A stretch of 64,000 bases of DNA from Eledone cirrhosa (lineage: Eukaryota), in the NCBI GenBank assembly GCA_964016885.1, contig OZ024743.1, forward strand, positions 35,588,001 to 35,652,000, given 5' to 3'. Below the pieces are notes generated by a model that searched no databases, had not been told where the DNA came from, and saw only the letters and a list, made by a program, of their open reading frames with translations. Below, in pieces: positions 41,601 through 59,600 of this stretch. The translations under genes were made by a program, and so were the position numbers. Positions within the stretch are counted from its first letter, which is position 1; each line of letters begins with the position of its first letter.

Positions 41601-44600
41601 TCATTACTATACTGTGAAGACCTGTAGGATATAGAAACACTACACTGTGTCATAACTATACTCTGAAGACCTGTAAGATATAGAAACACTACACTGTATC
41701 ATTACTATAATGTGAAGACCTGTAAGATATAGAAACACTACACTGTGTCATAACTATACTCTGAAGACCTATAAGACATAGAAACACTACACTGTGTCAT
41801 TACTATACTGTGAAGACCTGTAATATATAGAAACACTACACTGTGTCATTACTATACTGTGAAGACCTGTAATATATAGAAACACTACACTGTGTCATTA
41901 CTATACTCTGAAGACCTATAATATATAGAAACACCACACTGTGTCATTACTATACTCTGAAGACCTGTAAGATATAGAAACACTACACTGTATCATTACT
42001 ATACTGTGAAGACCTGTATGATATAGAAACACTACACTGTGTCATTACTATACTGTGAAGACCTGTAGGATATAGAAACACTACACTGTGTCATTACTAT
42101 ACTGTGAAGAACTATAATATATAGAAACACTACACTGTATCATTACTATACTGTAAAGACCTGTAAGATATAGAAACACTACACTGTGTCATTACTATAC
42201 TGTGAAGACCTGTAAGATATAGAAACACTACACTGTGTCATTACTATACTGTGAAGACCTGTAAGATATAGAAACACTACACTGTGTCATTACTATAATG
42301 TGAAGACCTGTAATATATAGAAACACTACACTGTGTCATTACTATACTGTGAAGACCTGTAAGATATAGAAACACTACACTGTGTCATTACTATACTCTG
42401 AAGACCTGTAATATATAGAAACACTACACTGTGTCATTACTATACTCTGAAGACCTATAATATATAGAAACACTACACTGTATCATTACGATACTGTGAA
42501 GACCTGTAATATATAGAAACACTACACTTTGTCATTACTATAATGTGAAGACCTGTAATATATAGAAACACTACACTGTATCATTACTATACTGTGAAGA
42601 CCTGTAAGATATAGAAACACTACACTGTGTCATTACAATAATGTGAAGACCTGTAATATATAGAAACACTACACTGTGTCATTACTATAATGTGAAGACC
42701 TGTAATATATAGAAACACTACACTGTGTCATTACTATAATGTGAAGACCTGTAAGATATAGAAACACTACACTGTATCATTACTATACTGTGAAGACCTG
42801 TAAGATATAGAAACACTACACTGTGTCATTACAATAATGTGAAGACCTGTAATATATAGAAACACTACACTGTGTCATTACTATAATGTGAAGACCTGTA
42901 ATATATAGAAACACTACACTGTGTCATTACTATACTGTGAAGACCTGTAAGATATAGAAACACTACACTGTGTCATTACTATACTGTGAAGACCTGTAAG
43001 ATATAGAAACACTACACTGTATCATTACTATAATGTGAAGACCTGTAATATATAGAAACACTACACTGTGTCATTACTATACTGTGAAGACCTGTAAGGT
43101 ATAGAAACACTACACTGTGTCATTACTATACTGTGAAGACCTGTATGATATAGAAACACTACACTGTGTCATTACTATACTGTGAAGACCTGTAGGATAT
43201 AGAAACACTACACTGTGTCATAACTATACTCTGAAGACCTGTAAGATATAGAAACACTACACTGTATCATTACTATAATGTGAAGACCTGTAAGATATAG
43301 AAACACTACACTGTGTCATAACTATACTCTGAAGACCTATAAGACATAGAAACACTACACTGTGTCATTACTATACTGTGAAGACCTGTAATATATAGAA
43401 ACACTACACTGTGTCATTACTATACTGTGAAGACCTGTAATATATAGAAACACTACACTGTGTCATTACTATACTCTGAAGACCTATAATATATAGAAAC
43501 ACCACACTGTGTCATTACTATACTCTGAAGACCTGTAAGATATAGAAACACTACACTGTATCATTACTATACTGTGAAGACCTGTATGATATAGAAACAC
43601 TACACTGTGTCATTACTATACTGTGAAGACCTGTAGGATATAGAAACACTACACTGTGTCATTACTATACTGTGAAGAACTATAATATATAGAAACACTA
43701 CACTGTATCATTACTATACTGTAAAGACCTGTAAGATATAGAAACACTACACTGTGTCATTACTATACTGTGAAGACCTGTAAGATATAGAAACACTACA
43801 CTGTGTCATTACTATACTGTGAAGACCTGTAAGATATAGAAACACTACACTGTGTCATTACTATAATGTGAAGACCTGTAATATATAGAAACACTACACT
43901 GTGTCATTACTATACTGTGAAGACCTGTAAGATATAGAAACACTACACTGTGTCATTACTATAATGTGAAGACCTGTAATATATAGAAACATTACACTGT
44001 GTCATTACTATAACGTGAAGACCTGTAATATATAGAAACACTACACTGTGTCATTACTATAATGTGAAGACCTGTAATATATAGAAACACTACACTGTGT
44101 CATTACTATAATGTGAAGACCTGTAAGATATAGAAACACTACACTGTATCATTACTATACTGTGAAGACCTGTAAGATATAGAAACACTACACTATCATT
44201 ACTATACTGTGAAGACCTTTGAGATATAGAAACACTACACTGTATCATTACTATACTCTGAAGACCTGTAAGATATAGAAACACTACACTGTGTCATTAC
44301 TATAATGTGAAGACCTGTAATATATAGAAACACTACACTGTGTCATTACTATAATGTGAAGACCTGTAATATATAGAAACACTACACTGTGTCATTACTA
44401 TACTGTGAAGACCTGTAAGATATAGAAACACTACACTGTGTCATTACTATACTGTGAAGACCTGTAAGACATAGAAACACTACACTGTATCATTACTATA
44501 CTGTGAAGACCTGTAAGATATAGAAACACTACACTGTGTCATTACTATACTGTGAAGACCTGTAAGATATAGAAACACTACACTGTGTCATTACTATACT

Positions 44601-47600
44601 GTGAAGACCTGTAATATATAGAAACACTACACTGTGTCATTACTATACTCTGAAGACCTGTAATATATAGAAACACTACACTGTGTCATTACTATACTCT
44701 GAAGACCTATAATATATAGAAACACTACACTGTATCATTACGATACTGTGAAGACCTGTAATATATAGAAACACTACACTTTGTCATTACTATAATGTGA
44801 AGACCTGTAATATATAGAAACACTACACTGTATCATTACTATACTGTGAAGACCTGTAAGATATAGAAACACTACACTGTGTCATTACAATAATGTGAAG
44901 ACCTGTAATATATAGAAACACTACACTGTGTCATTACTATAATGTGAAGACCTGTAATATATAGAAACACTACACTGTGTCATTACTATAATGTGAAGAC
45001 CTGTAAGATATAGAAACACTACACTGTATCATTACTATACTGTGAAGACCTGTAAGATATAGAAACACTACACTGTGTCATTACAATAATGTGAAGACCT
45101 GTAATATATAGAAACACTACACTGTGTCATTACTATAATGTGAAGACCTGTAATATATAGAAACACTACACTGTGTCATTACTATACTGTGAAGACCTGT
45201 AAGATATAGAAACACTACACTGTGTCATTACTATACTGTGAAGACCTGTAAGATATAGAAACACTACACTGTATCATTACTATAATGTGAAGACCTATAA
45301 TATATAGAAACACTACACTGTGTCATTACTATACTGTGAAGACCTGTAAGGTATAGAAACACTACACTGTGTCATTACTATACTGTGAAGACCTGTAAGA
45401 CATACACAAAAATTCACTGTATCATTACTATACTGTGAAGACCTGTAAGATATAGAAACACTACACTATCATTACTATACTGTGAAGACCTTTGAGATAT
45501 AGAAACACTACACTGTATCATTACTATACTCTGAAGACCTGTAAGATATAGAAACACTACACTGTGTCATTACTATAATGTGAAGACCTGTAATATATAG
45601 AAACACTACACTGTGTCATTACTATAATGTGAAGACCTGTAATATATAGAAACACTACACTATCATTACTATACTGTGAAGACCTTTGAGATATAGAAAC
45701 ACTACACTGTATCATTACTATACTCTGAAGACCTGTAAGATATAGAAACACTACACTGTATCATTACTATAATGTGAAGACCTGTATGATATAGAAACAC
45801 TACACTGTGTCATAACTATACTCTGAAGACCTATAAGACATAGAAACACTACACTGTGTCATTACTATACTGTGAAGACCTGTAATATATAGAAACACTA
45901 CACTGTGTCATTACTATACTGTGAAGACCTGTAATATATAGAAACACTACACTGTGTCATTACTATACTCTGAAGACCTATAATATATAGAAACACCACA
46001 CTGTGTCATTACTATACTCTGAAGACCTGTAAGATATAGAAACACTACACTGTATCATTACTATACTGTGAAGACCTGTATGATATAGAAACACTACACT
46101 GTGTCATTACTATACTGTGAAGACCTGTAGGATATAGAAACACTACACTGTGTCATTACTATACTGTGAAGAACTATAATATATAGAAACACTACACTGT
46201 ATCATTACTATACTGTAAAGACCTGTAAGATATAGAAACACTACACTGTGTCATTACTATACTGTGAAGACCTGTAAGATATAGAAACACTACACTGTGT
46301 CATTACTATACTGTGAAGACCTGTAAGATATAGAAACACTACACTGTGTCATTACTATAATGTGAAGACCTGTAATATATAGAAACACTACACTGTGTCA
46401 TTACTATACTGTGAAGACCTGTAAGATATAGAAACACTACACTGTGTCATTACTATAATGTGAAGACCTGTAATATATAGAAACATTACACTGTGTCATT
46501 ACTATAACGTGAAGACCTGTAATATATAGAAACACTACACTGTGTCATTACTATAATGTGAAGACCTGTAATATATAGAAACACTACACTGTGTCATTAC
46601 TATAATGTGAAGACCTGTAAGATATAGAAACACTACACTGTATCATTACTATACTGTGAAGACCTGTAAGATATAGAAACACTACACTGTATCATTACTA
46701 TACTGTGAAGACCTTTGAGATATAGAAACACTACACTGTATCATTACTATACTCTGAAGACCTGTAAGATATAGAAACACTACACTGTGTCATTACTATA
46801 ATGTGAAGACCTGTAATATATAGAAACACTACACTGTGTCATTACTATAATGTGAAGACCTGTAATATATAGAAACACTACACTGTGTCATTACTATACT
46901 GTGAAGACCTGTAAGATATAGAAACACTACACTGTGTCATTACTATACTGTGAAGACTTGTAAGACATAGAAACACTACACTGTATCATTACTATACTGT
47001 GAAGACCTGTAAGATATAGAAACACTACACTGTGTCATTACTATACTGTGAAGACCTGTAAGATATAGAAACACTACACTGTGTCATTACTATACTGTGA
47101 AGACCTGTAATATATAGAAACACTACACTGTGTCATTACTATACTCTGAAGACCTGTAATATATAGAAACACTACACTGTGTCATTACTATACTCTGAAG
47201 ACCTATAATATATAGAAACACTACACTGTATCATTACGATACTGTGAAGACCTGTAATATATAGAAACACTACACTTTGTCATTACTATAATGTGAAGAC
47301 CTGTAATATATAGAAACACTACACTGTATCATTACTATACTGTGAAGACCTGTAAGATATAGAAACACTACACTGTGTCATTACAATAATGTGAAGACCT
47401 GTAATATATAGAAACACTACACTGTGTCATTACTATAATGTGAAGACCTGTAATATATAGAAACACTACACTGTGTCATTACTATAATGTGAAGACCTGT
47501 AAGATATAGAAACACTACACTGTATCATTACTATACTGTGAAGACCTGTAAGATATAGAAACACTACACTGTGTCATTACAATAATGTGAAGACCTGTAA

Positions 47601-50600
47601 TATATAGAAACACTACACTGTGTCATTACTATAATGTGAAGACCTGTAATATATAGAAACACTACACTGTGTCATTACTATACTGTGAAGACCTGTAAGA
47701 TATAGAAACACTACACTGTGTCATTACTATACTGTGAAGACCTGTAAGATATAGAAACACTACACTGTATCATTACTATAATGTGAAGACCTGTAATATA
47801 TAGAAACACTACACTGTGTCATTACTATACTGTGAAGACCTGTAAGGTATAGAAACACTACACTGTGTCATTACTATACTGTGAAGACCTGTATGATATA
47901 GAAACACTACACTGTGTCATTACTATACTGTGAAGACCTGTAGGATATAGAAACACTACACTGTGTCATAACTATACTCTGAAGACCTGTAAGATATAGA
48001 AACACTACACTGTATCATTACTATAATGTGAAGACCTGTAAGATATAGAAACACTACACTGTGTCATAACTATACTCTGAAGACCTGTAAGACATAGAAA
48101 CACTACACTGTGTCATTACTATACTGTGAAGACCTGTAATATATAGAAACACTACACTGTGTCATTACTATACTGTGAAGACCTGTAATATATAGAAACA
48201 CTACACTGTGTCATTACTATACTCTGAAGACCTATAATATATAGAAACACCACACTGTGTCATTACTATACTCTGAAGACCTGTAAGATATAGAAACACT
48301 ACACTGTATCATTACTATACTGTGAAGACCTGTATGATATAGAAACACTACACTGTGTCATTACTATACTGTGAAGACCTGTAGGATATAGAAACACTAC
48401 ACTGTGTCATTACTATACTGTGAAGAACTATAATATATAGAAACACTACACTGTATCATTACTATACTGTAAAGACCTGTAAGATATAGAAACACTACAC
48501 TGTGTCATTACTATACTGTGAAGACCTGTAAGATATAGAAACACTACACTGTGTCATTACTATACTGTGAAGACCTGTAAGATATAGAAACACTACACTG
48601 TGTCATTACTATAATGTGAAGACCTGTAATATATAGAAACACTACACTGTGTCATTACTATACTGTGAAGACCTGTAAGATATAGAAACACTACACTGTG
48701 TCATTACTATACTCTGAAGACCTGTAATATATAGAAACACTACACTGTGTCATTACTATACTCTGAAGACCTATAATATATAGAAACACTACACTGTATC
48801 ATTACGATACTGTGAAGACCTGTAATATATAGAAACACTACACTTTGTCATTACTATAATGTGAAGACCTGTAATATATAGAAACACTACACTGTATCAT
48901 TACTATACTGTGAAGACCTGTAAGATATAGAAACACTACACTGTGTCATTACAATAATGTGAAGACCTGTAATATATAGAAACACTACACTGTGTCATTA
49001 CTATAATGTGAAGACCTGTAATATATAGAAACACTACACTGTGTCATTACTATAATGTGAAGACCTGTAAGATATAGAAACACTACACTGTATCATTACT
49101 ATACTGTGAAGACCTGTAAGATATAGAAACACTACACTGTGTCATTACAATAATGTGAAGACCTGTAATATATAGAAACACTACACTGTGTCATTACTAT
49201 AATGTGAAGACCTGTAATATATAGAAACACTACACTGTGTCATTACTATACTGTGAAGACCTGTAAGATATAGAAACACTACACTGTGTCATTACTATAC
49301 TGTGAAGACCTGTAAGATATAGAAACACTACACTGTATCATTACTATAATGTGAAGACCTGTAATATATAGAAACACTACACTGTGTCATTACTATACTG
49401 TGAAGACCTGTAAGGTATAGAAACACTACACTGTGTCATTACTATACTGTGAAGACCTGTATGATATAGAAACACTACACTGTGTCATTACTATACTGTG
49501 AAGACCTGTAGGATATAGAAACACTACACTGTGTCATAACTATACTCTGAAGACCTGTAAGATATAGAAACACTACACTGTATCATTACTATAATGTGAA
49601 GACCTGTAAGATATAGAAACACTACACTGTGTCATAACTATACTCTGAAGACCTATAAGACATAGAAACACTACACTGTGTCATTACTATACTGTGAAGA
49701 CCTGTAATATATAGAAACACTACACTGTGTCATTACTATACTGTGAAGACCTGTAATATATAGAAACACTACACTGTGTCATTACTATACTCTGAAGACC
49801 TATAATATATAGAAACACCACACTGTGTCATTACTATACTCTGAAGACCTGTAAGATATAGAAACACTACACTGTATCATTACTATACTGTGAAGACCTG
49901 TATGATATAGAAACACTACACTGTGTCATTACTATACTGTGAAGACCTGTAGGATATAGAAACACTACACTGTGTCATTACTATACTGTGAAGAACTATA
50001 ATATATAGAAACACTACACTGTATCATTACTATACTGTAAAGACCTGTAAGATATAGAAACACTACACTGTGTCATTACTATACTGTGAAGACCTGTAAG
50101 ATATAGAAACACTACACTGTGTCATTACTATACTGTGAAGACCTGTAAGATATAGAAACACTACACTGTGTCATTACTATAATGTGAAGACCTGTAATAT
50201 ATAGAAACACTACACTGTGTCATTACTATACTGTGAAGACCTGTAAGATATAGAAACACTACACTGTGTCATTACTATAATGTGAAGACCTGTAATATAT
50301 AGAAACATTACACTGTGTCATTACTATAACGTGAAGACCTGTAATATATAGAAACACTACACTGTGTCATTACTATAATGTGAAGACCTGTAATATATAG
50401 AAACACTACACTGTGTCATTACTATAATGTGAAGACCTGTAAGATATAGAAACACTACACTGTATCATTACTATACTGTGAAGACCTGTAAGATATAGAA
50501 ACACTACACTATCATTACTATACTGTGAAGACCTTTGAGATATAGAAACACTACACTGTATCATTACTATACTCTGAAGACCTGTAAGATATAGAAACAC

Positions 50601-53600
50601 TACACTGTGTCATTACTATAATGTGAAGACCTGTAATATATAGAAACACTACACTGTGTCATTACTATAATGTGAAGACCTGTAATATATAGAAACACTA
50701 CACTGTGTCATTACTATACTGTGAAGACCTGTAAGATATAGAAACACTACACTGTGTCATTACTATACTGTGAAGACCTGTAAGACATAGAAACACTACA
50801 CTGTATCATTACTATACTGTGAAGACCTGTAAGATATAGAAACACTACACTGTGTCATTACTATACTGTGAAGACCTGTAAGATATAGAAACACTACACT
50901 GTGTCATTACTATACTGTGAAGACCTGTAATATATAGAAACACTACACTGTGTCATTACTATACTCTGAAGACCTGTAATATATAGAAACACTACACTGT
51001 GTCATTACTATACTCTGAAGACCTATAATATATAGAAACACTACACTGTATCATTACGATACTGTGAAGACCTGTAATATATAGAAACACTACACTTTGT
51101 CATTACTATAATGTGAAGACCTGTAATATATAGAAACACTACACTGTATCATTACTATACTGTGAAGACCTGTAAGATATAGAAACACTACACTGTGTCA
51201 TTACAATAATGTGAAGACCTGTAATATATAGAAACACTACACTGTGTCATTACTATAATGTGAAGACCTGTAATATATAGAAACACTACACTGTGTCATT
51301 ACTATAATGTGAAGACCTGTAAGATATAGAAACACTACACTGTATCATTACTATACTGTGAAGACCTGTAAGATATAGAAACACTACACTGTGTCATTAC
51401 AATAATGTGAAGACCTGTAATATATAGAAACACTACACTGTGTCATTACTATAATGTGAAGACCTGTAATATATAGAAACACTACACTGTGTCATTACTA
51501 TACTGTGAAGACCTGTAAGATATAGAAACACTACACTGTGTCATTACTATACTGTGAAGACCTGTAAGATATAGAAACACTACACTGTATCATTACTATA
51601 ATGTGAAGACCTGTAATATATAGAAACACTACACTGTGTCATTACTATACTGTGAAGACCTGTAAGGTATAGAAACACTACACTGTGTCATTACTATACT
51701 GTGAAGACCTGTAAGACATACACAAAAATTCACTGTATCATTACTATACTGTGAAGACCTGTAAGATATAGAAACACTACACTATCATTACTATACTGTG
51801 AAGACCTTTGAGATATAGAAACACTACACTGTATCATTACTATACTCTGAAGACCTGTAAGATATAGAAACACTACACTGTGTCATTACTATAATGTGAA
51901 GACCTGTAATATATAGAAACACTACACTGTGTCATTACTATAATGTGAAGACCTGTAATATATAGAAACACTACACTGTGTCATTACTATACTGTGAAGA
52001 CCTGTAAGATATAGAAACACTACACTGTGTCATTACTATACTGTGAAGACCTGTAAGACATAGAAACACTACACTGTATCATTACTATACTGTGAAGACC
52101 TGTAAGATATAGAAACACTACACTGTGTCATTACTATACTGTGAAGACCTGTAAGATATAGAAACACTACACTGTGTCATTACTATACTGTGAAGACCTG
52201 TAAGATATAGAAACACTACACTGTGTCATTACTATAATGTGAAGACCTGTAAGATATAGAAACACTACACTGTGTCATTACTATACTGTGAAGACCTGTA
52301 AGATATAGAAACACTACACTGTGTCATTACTATAATGTGAAGACCTGTAAGATATAGAAACACTACACTGTGTCATTACTATACTGTGAAGACCTGTAAG
52401 ATATAGAAACACTACACTGTGTCATTACTATACTGTGAAGACCTGTAAGATATAGAAACACTACACTGTGTCATTACTATACTGTGAAGACCTGTAAGAT
52501 ATAGAAACACTACATTGTGTCATTACTATACTGTGAAGACCTGTAATATATAGAAACACTACACTGTGTCATTACTATACTCTGAAGACCTGTAATATAT
52601 AGAAACACTACACTGTGTCATTACTATACTCTGAAGACCTATAATATATAGAAACACTACACTGTATCATTACGATACTGTGAAGACCTGTAATATATAG
52701 AAACACTACACTGCGTCATTACTATACTCTGAAGACCTGTAATATATAGAAACACTACACTTTGTCATTACTATACTGTGAAGACCTGTAAGATATAGAA
52801 ACACTACACTGTGTCATTACTATACTCTGAAGACCTGTAAGATATAGAAACACTACACTGTATCATTACTATTCTGTGAAGACCTGTAAGATATAGAAAC
52901 ACTACACTGTGTCATTACTATACTCTGAAAATCTGTAAAATATAGAAACACTACACTGTGTCATTACTATAGTCTGAAGATCTGTAAGATATAGAAACAC
53001 TACACTGTGTCATTACTATACTGTGAAGACCTGTAATATATAGAAACACCACACTGTGTCATTACTATACTCTGAAGACCTGTAAGATATAGAAACATTA
53101 CACTGTGTAGTTACTATACTCTGAAGACCTGTAAGATATAAAAACACTACACTGTGTCATTACTATACTGTGAAGACCTGTAATATATAGAAACACCACA
53201 CTGTGTCATTACTATACTCTGAAGACCTGTAAGATATAGAAACATTACACTGTGTCATTACTATACTCTGAAGACCTGTAAGATATAAAAACACTACACT
53301 GTGTCATTACTATACTCTGAAGACCTGTAATATATAGAAACACCACACTGTGTCATTACTATACTCTGAAGACCTGTAAGATATAGAAACATTACACTGT
53401 GTCATTACTATACTCTGAAGACCTGTAAGATATAAAAACACTACACTGTGTCATTACTATACTCTGAAGACCTGTAATATATAGAAACACCACACTGTGT
53501 CATTACTATACTCTGAAGACCTGTAAGATATAGAAACATTACACTGTGTCATTACTATACTCTGAAGACTTGTAAGATATAAAAACACTACACTGTGTCA

Positions 53601-56600
53601 TTACTATACTGTGAAGACCTATAATATATAGAAACACTACACTGTGTCATTACTATACTCTGAAGACCTGTAAGATATAGAAACACTACACTGTGTCATT
53701 ACTATACTGTAAAGACCTGTAAGATATAGAAACACTACACTGTATCATTACTATACTGTGAGGACCTGTAAGATATAGAAACACTACACTGTGTCATTAC
53801 TATACTCTGAAGACCTGTAAGATATAGAAACACTAAACTGTGTCATTACTATACTGTGAAGACCTGTAAGATATAGAAACACTACACTGTATCATTACTA
53901 TACTGTGAAGACGTGTAAGATATAGAAACACTACACTGTGTCATTACTATACTCTGAAGACCTGTAAGATATAGAAACACTACACTGTGTCATTACTATA
54001 CTGTGAAGACCTGTAAGATATAGAAACACTACACTGTGTCATTACTATACTGTGAAGACCTGTAAGATATAGAAACACTACACTGTGTCATTACTATAAT
54101 GTGAAGACCTGTAATATATAGAAACACTACACTGTGTCATTACTATACTGTGAAGACCTGTAAGATATAGAAACACTACACTGTATCATTACTATACTGT
54201 GAAGACCTGTAAGATATAGAAACACTACACTGTGTCATTACTATACTCTGAAGACCTGTAAGATATAGAAACACTACACTGTGTCATTACTATACTGTGA
54301 AGACGTGTAAGATATAGAAACACTACACTGTGTCATTACTATACTGTGAAGACCTGTAAGATATAGAAACACTACACTGTATCATTACTATACTGTGAAG
54401 ACCTGTAAGATATAGAAACACTACACTGTATCATTACTATACTGTGAAGACCTTTGAGATATAGAAACACTACACTGTATCATTACTATACTGTGAAGAC
54501 CTGTAAGATATAGAAACACTACACTGTGTCATTACTATACTCTGAAGACCTGTAAGATATAGAAACACTACACTGTGTCATTACTATACTGTAAAGACCT
54601 GTAAGATATAGAAACACTACACTGTATCATTACTATACTGTGAGGACCTGTAAGTTATAGAAACACTACACTGTGTCATTACTATACTCTGAAGACCTGT
54701 AAGATATAGAAACACTAAACTGTGTCATTACTATACTGTGAAGACCTGTAAGATATAGAAACACTACACTGTATCATTACTATACTGTGAAGACGTGTAA
54801 GATATAGAAACACTACACTGTATCATTACTATACTGTGAAGACCTGTAAGATATAGAAACACTACACTGTGTCATTACTATACTCTGAAGACCTGTAAGA
54901 TATAGAAACACTACACCGTGTCATTACTATACTGTGAAGACCTGTAAGATATAGAAACACTACACTGTGTCATTACTATAATGTGAAGACCTGTAATATA
55001 TAGAAACACTACACTGTGTCATTACTATACTCTGAAGACCTGTAAGAGATAGAAACACTCCACTGTATCATTACTATACTGTGAAGACCTGTAAGATATA
55101 GAAACACTACACTGTGTCATTACTATACTGTGAAGACCTGTAAGATATAGAAACACTACACTGTATCATTACTATACTGTGAAGACCTGTAAGATATAGA
55201 AACACTACACTGTGTCATTACTATACTCTGAAGACCTGTAAGATATAGAAACACTACACTGTGTCATTACTATACTGTGAAGACGTGTAAGATATAGAAA
55301 CACTACACTGTATCATTACTATACTGTGAAGACCTGTAAGATATAGAAACACTACACTGTGTCATTACGATACTCTGAAGACCTGTAAGATATAGAAACA
55401 CTACACTGTGTCATTACTATACTGTGAAGACCTGTAAGATATAGAAACACTACACTGTGTCATTACTATACTGTGAATACCTGTAAGATATAGAAACACT
55501 ACACTGTGTCATTACTATAATGTGAAGACCTGTAATATATAGAAACACTACACTGTGTCATTACTATACTGTGAAGACCTGTAAGATATAGAAACACTAC
55601 ACTGTATCATTACTATACTGTGAAGACCTGTAAGATATAGAAACACTACACTGTGTCATTACTATACTCTGAAGACCTGTAAGATATAGAAACACTACAC
55701 TTTGTCATTACTATACTGTGAAGACGTGTAAGATATAGAAACTCTACACTGTGTCATTACTATACTGTGAAGACCTGTAAGATATAGAAACACTACACTG
55801 TATCATTACTATACTGTGAAGACCTGTAAGATATAGAAACACTACACTGTATCATTACTATACTGTGAAGACCTTTGAGATATAGAAACACTACACTGTG
55901 TCATTACTATACTCTGAAGACCTGTAAGATATAGAAACACTACACTTTGTCATTACTATACTGTGAAGACGTGTAAGATATAGAAACTCTACACTGTGTC
56001 ATTACTATACTGTGAAGACCTGTAAGATATAGAAACACTACACTGTATCATTACTATACTGTGAAGACCTGTAAGATATAGAAACACTACACTGTATCAT
56101 TACTATACTGTGAAGACCTTTGAGATATAGAAACACTACACTGTATCATTACTATACTGTGAAGACCTGTAAGATATAGAAACACTACACTGTGTCATTA
56201 CTATAATGTGAAGACCTGTAATATATAGAAACACTACACTGTGTCATTACTATAATGTGAAGACCTGTAATATATAGAAACACTACACTGTGTCATTACT
56301 ATAATGTGAAGACCTGTAATATATAGAAACACTACACTGTGTCATTACTATACTGTGAAGACCTGTAAGATATAGAAACACTACACTGTGTCATTACTAT
56401 ACTGTGAAGACCTGTAAGACATACAAAAAAATTCACTGTATCATTACTATACTGTGAAGACCTGTAAGATATAGAAACACTACACTGTGTCATTACTATA
56501 CTGTGAAGACCTGTAAGATATAGAAACACTACACTGTGTCATTACTATACTGTGAAGACCTGTAAGACATACAAAAAAATTCACTGTATCATTACTATAC

Positions 56601-59600
56601 TGTGAAGACCTGTAAGATATAGAAACACTACACTGTGTCATTACTATACTGTGAAGACCTGTAAGATATAGAAACACTACACTGTGTCATTACTATACTG
56701 TGAAGACCTGTAAGATATAGAAACACTACACTGTGTCATTACTATAATGTGAAGACCTGTAAGATATAGAAACACTACACTGTGTCATTACTATACTGTG
56801 AAGACCTGTAAGATATAGAAACACTACACTGTGTCATTACTATAATGTGAAGACCTGTAAGATATAGAAACACTACACTGTGTCATTACTATACTGTGAA
56901 GACCTGTAATATATAGAAACACTACACTGTGTCATTACTATACTCTGAAGACCTGTAAGATATAGAAACACTACACTGTGTCATTACTATACGCTGAAGA
57001 CCTATAATATATAGAAACACTACACTGTATCATTACGATACTGTGAAGACCTGTAATATATAGAAACACTACACTGTATCATTACTATACTCTGAAGACC
57101 TGTAATATATAGAAACACTACACTTTGTCATTACTATACTGTGAAGACCTGTAAGATATAGAAACACTACACTGTGTCATTACTATACTCTGAAGACCTG
57201 TAATATATAGAAACACTACACTTTGTCATTACTATACTTTGAAGACCTGTAAGATATAGAAACACTACACTGTGTCATTACTATACTCTGAAGACCTGTA
57301 AGGTATAGAAACACTACACTGTGTCATTACTATACTGTGAAGACCTGTAAGATATAGAAACACTACACTGTGTCATTACTATACTGTGAAGACCTGTAGG
57401 ATATAGAAACACTACACTGTGTCATTACTATACTGTGAAGAACTATGATATATAGAAACACTACACTGTGTCATTACTATACTGTAGAGACCTGTAAGAT
57501 ATAGAAACACTACACAGTGTCATTACTATACTCTGAAGACCTGTAAGACATACAAAAAAATTCACTCTATCATTACTATACTGTGAAGACCTGTAAAATA
57601 TAGAAACACTACACTGTGTCATTACTATACTGTGAAGACCTGTAAGATATAGAAACACTACACTGTATCATTACTATACTGTGAAGACCTGTAAGATATA
57701 GAAACACTACACTGTGTCATTACTATACTGTGAAGACCTGTAGTATATAGAAACACTACACTGCGTCATTACTATACTGTGAAGACCTGTAAGATATAGA
57801 AACACTACACTGTGTCATTACTATACTCTGAAGACCTGTAAGATATAGAAACACTACACTGTATCATTACTATACTGTGAAGACCTGTAAGATATAGAAA
57901 CACTACACAGTGTCATTACTATACTCTGAAGACCTGTAAGATATAGAAACACTACACTGTGTCATTACTATACTGTGAAGACCTGTAAGATATAGAAACA
58001 CTACACTGTGTCATTACTATACTGTGAAGACCTGTAGGATATAGAAACACTACACTGTGTCATTACTATACTGTGAAGAACTATGATATATAGAAACACT
58101 ACACTGTGTCATTACTATACTGTAGAGACCTGTAAGATATAGAAACACTACACTGTGTCATTACTATACTGTGAAGACCTGTAATATATAGAAACACCAC
58201 ACTGTGTCATTACTATACTCTGAAGACCTGTAAGATATAGAAACATTACACTGTGTCATTACTATACCCTGAAGACCTGTAAGATATAAAAACACTACAC
58301 TGTGTCATTACTATACTGTGAAGACCTGTAAGATATAGAAACACTACACTGTATCATTACTATACTGTGAAGACGTGTAAGATATAGAAACACTACACTG
58401 TGTCATTACTATACTCTGAAGACCTGTAAGATATAGAAACACTACACTGTGTCATTACTATACTGTGAAGACCTGTAAGATATAGAAACACTACACTGTG
58501 TCATTACTATACTGTGAAGACCTGTAAGATATAGAAACACTACACTGTGTCATTACTATAATGTGAAGACCTGTAATATATAGAAACACTACACTGTGTC
58601 ATTACTATACTGTGAAGACCTGTAAGATATAGAAACACTACACTGTATCATTACTATACTGTGAAGACCTGTAAGATATAGAAACACTACACTGTGTCAT
58701 TACTATACTCTGAAGACCTGTAAGATATAGAAACACTACACTGTGTCATTACTATACTGTGAAGACGTGTAAGATATAGAAACACTACACTGTGTCATTA
58801 CTATACTGTGAAGACCTGTAAGATATAGAAACACTACACTGTATCATTACTATACTGTGAAGACCTGTAAGATATAGAAACACTACACTGTATCATTACT
58901 ATACTGTGAAGACCTTTGAGATATAGAAACACTACACTGTATCATTACTATACTGTGAAGACCTGTAAGATATAGAAACACTACACTGTGTCATTACTAT
59001 ACTGTGAAGACCTGTAAGATATAGAAACACTACACTGTGTCATTACTATACTGTGAAGACCTGTAGTATATAGAAACACTACACTGCGTCATTACTATAC
59101 TGTGAAGACCTGTAAGATATAGAAACACTACACTGTGTCATTACTATACTCTGAAGACCTGTAAGATATAGAAACACTACACTGTATCATTACTATACTG
59201 TGAAGACCTGTAAGATATAGAAACACTACACTGTATCATTACTATACTGTGAAGACCTGTAAGATATAGAAACACTACACAGTGTCATTACTATACTCTG
59301 AAGACCTGTAAGATATAGAAACACTACACAGTGTCATTACTATACTCTGAAGACCTGTAAGATATAGAAACACTACACTGTGTCATTACTATACTGTGAA
59401 GACCTGTAAGATATAGAAACACTACACTGTATCATTACTATACTGTGAAGACCTGTAAGATATAGAAACACTACACAGTGTCATTACTATACTCTGAAGA
59501 CCTGTAAGATATAGAAACACTACACTGTATCATTACTATACTGTGAAGACCTGTAAGATATAGAAACACTACACAGTGTCATTACTATACTCTGAAGACC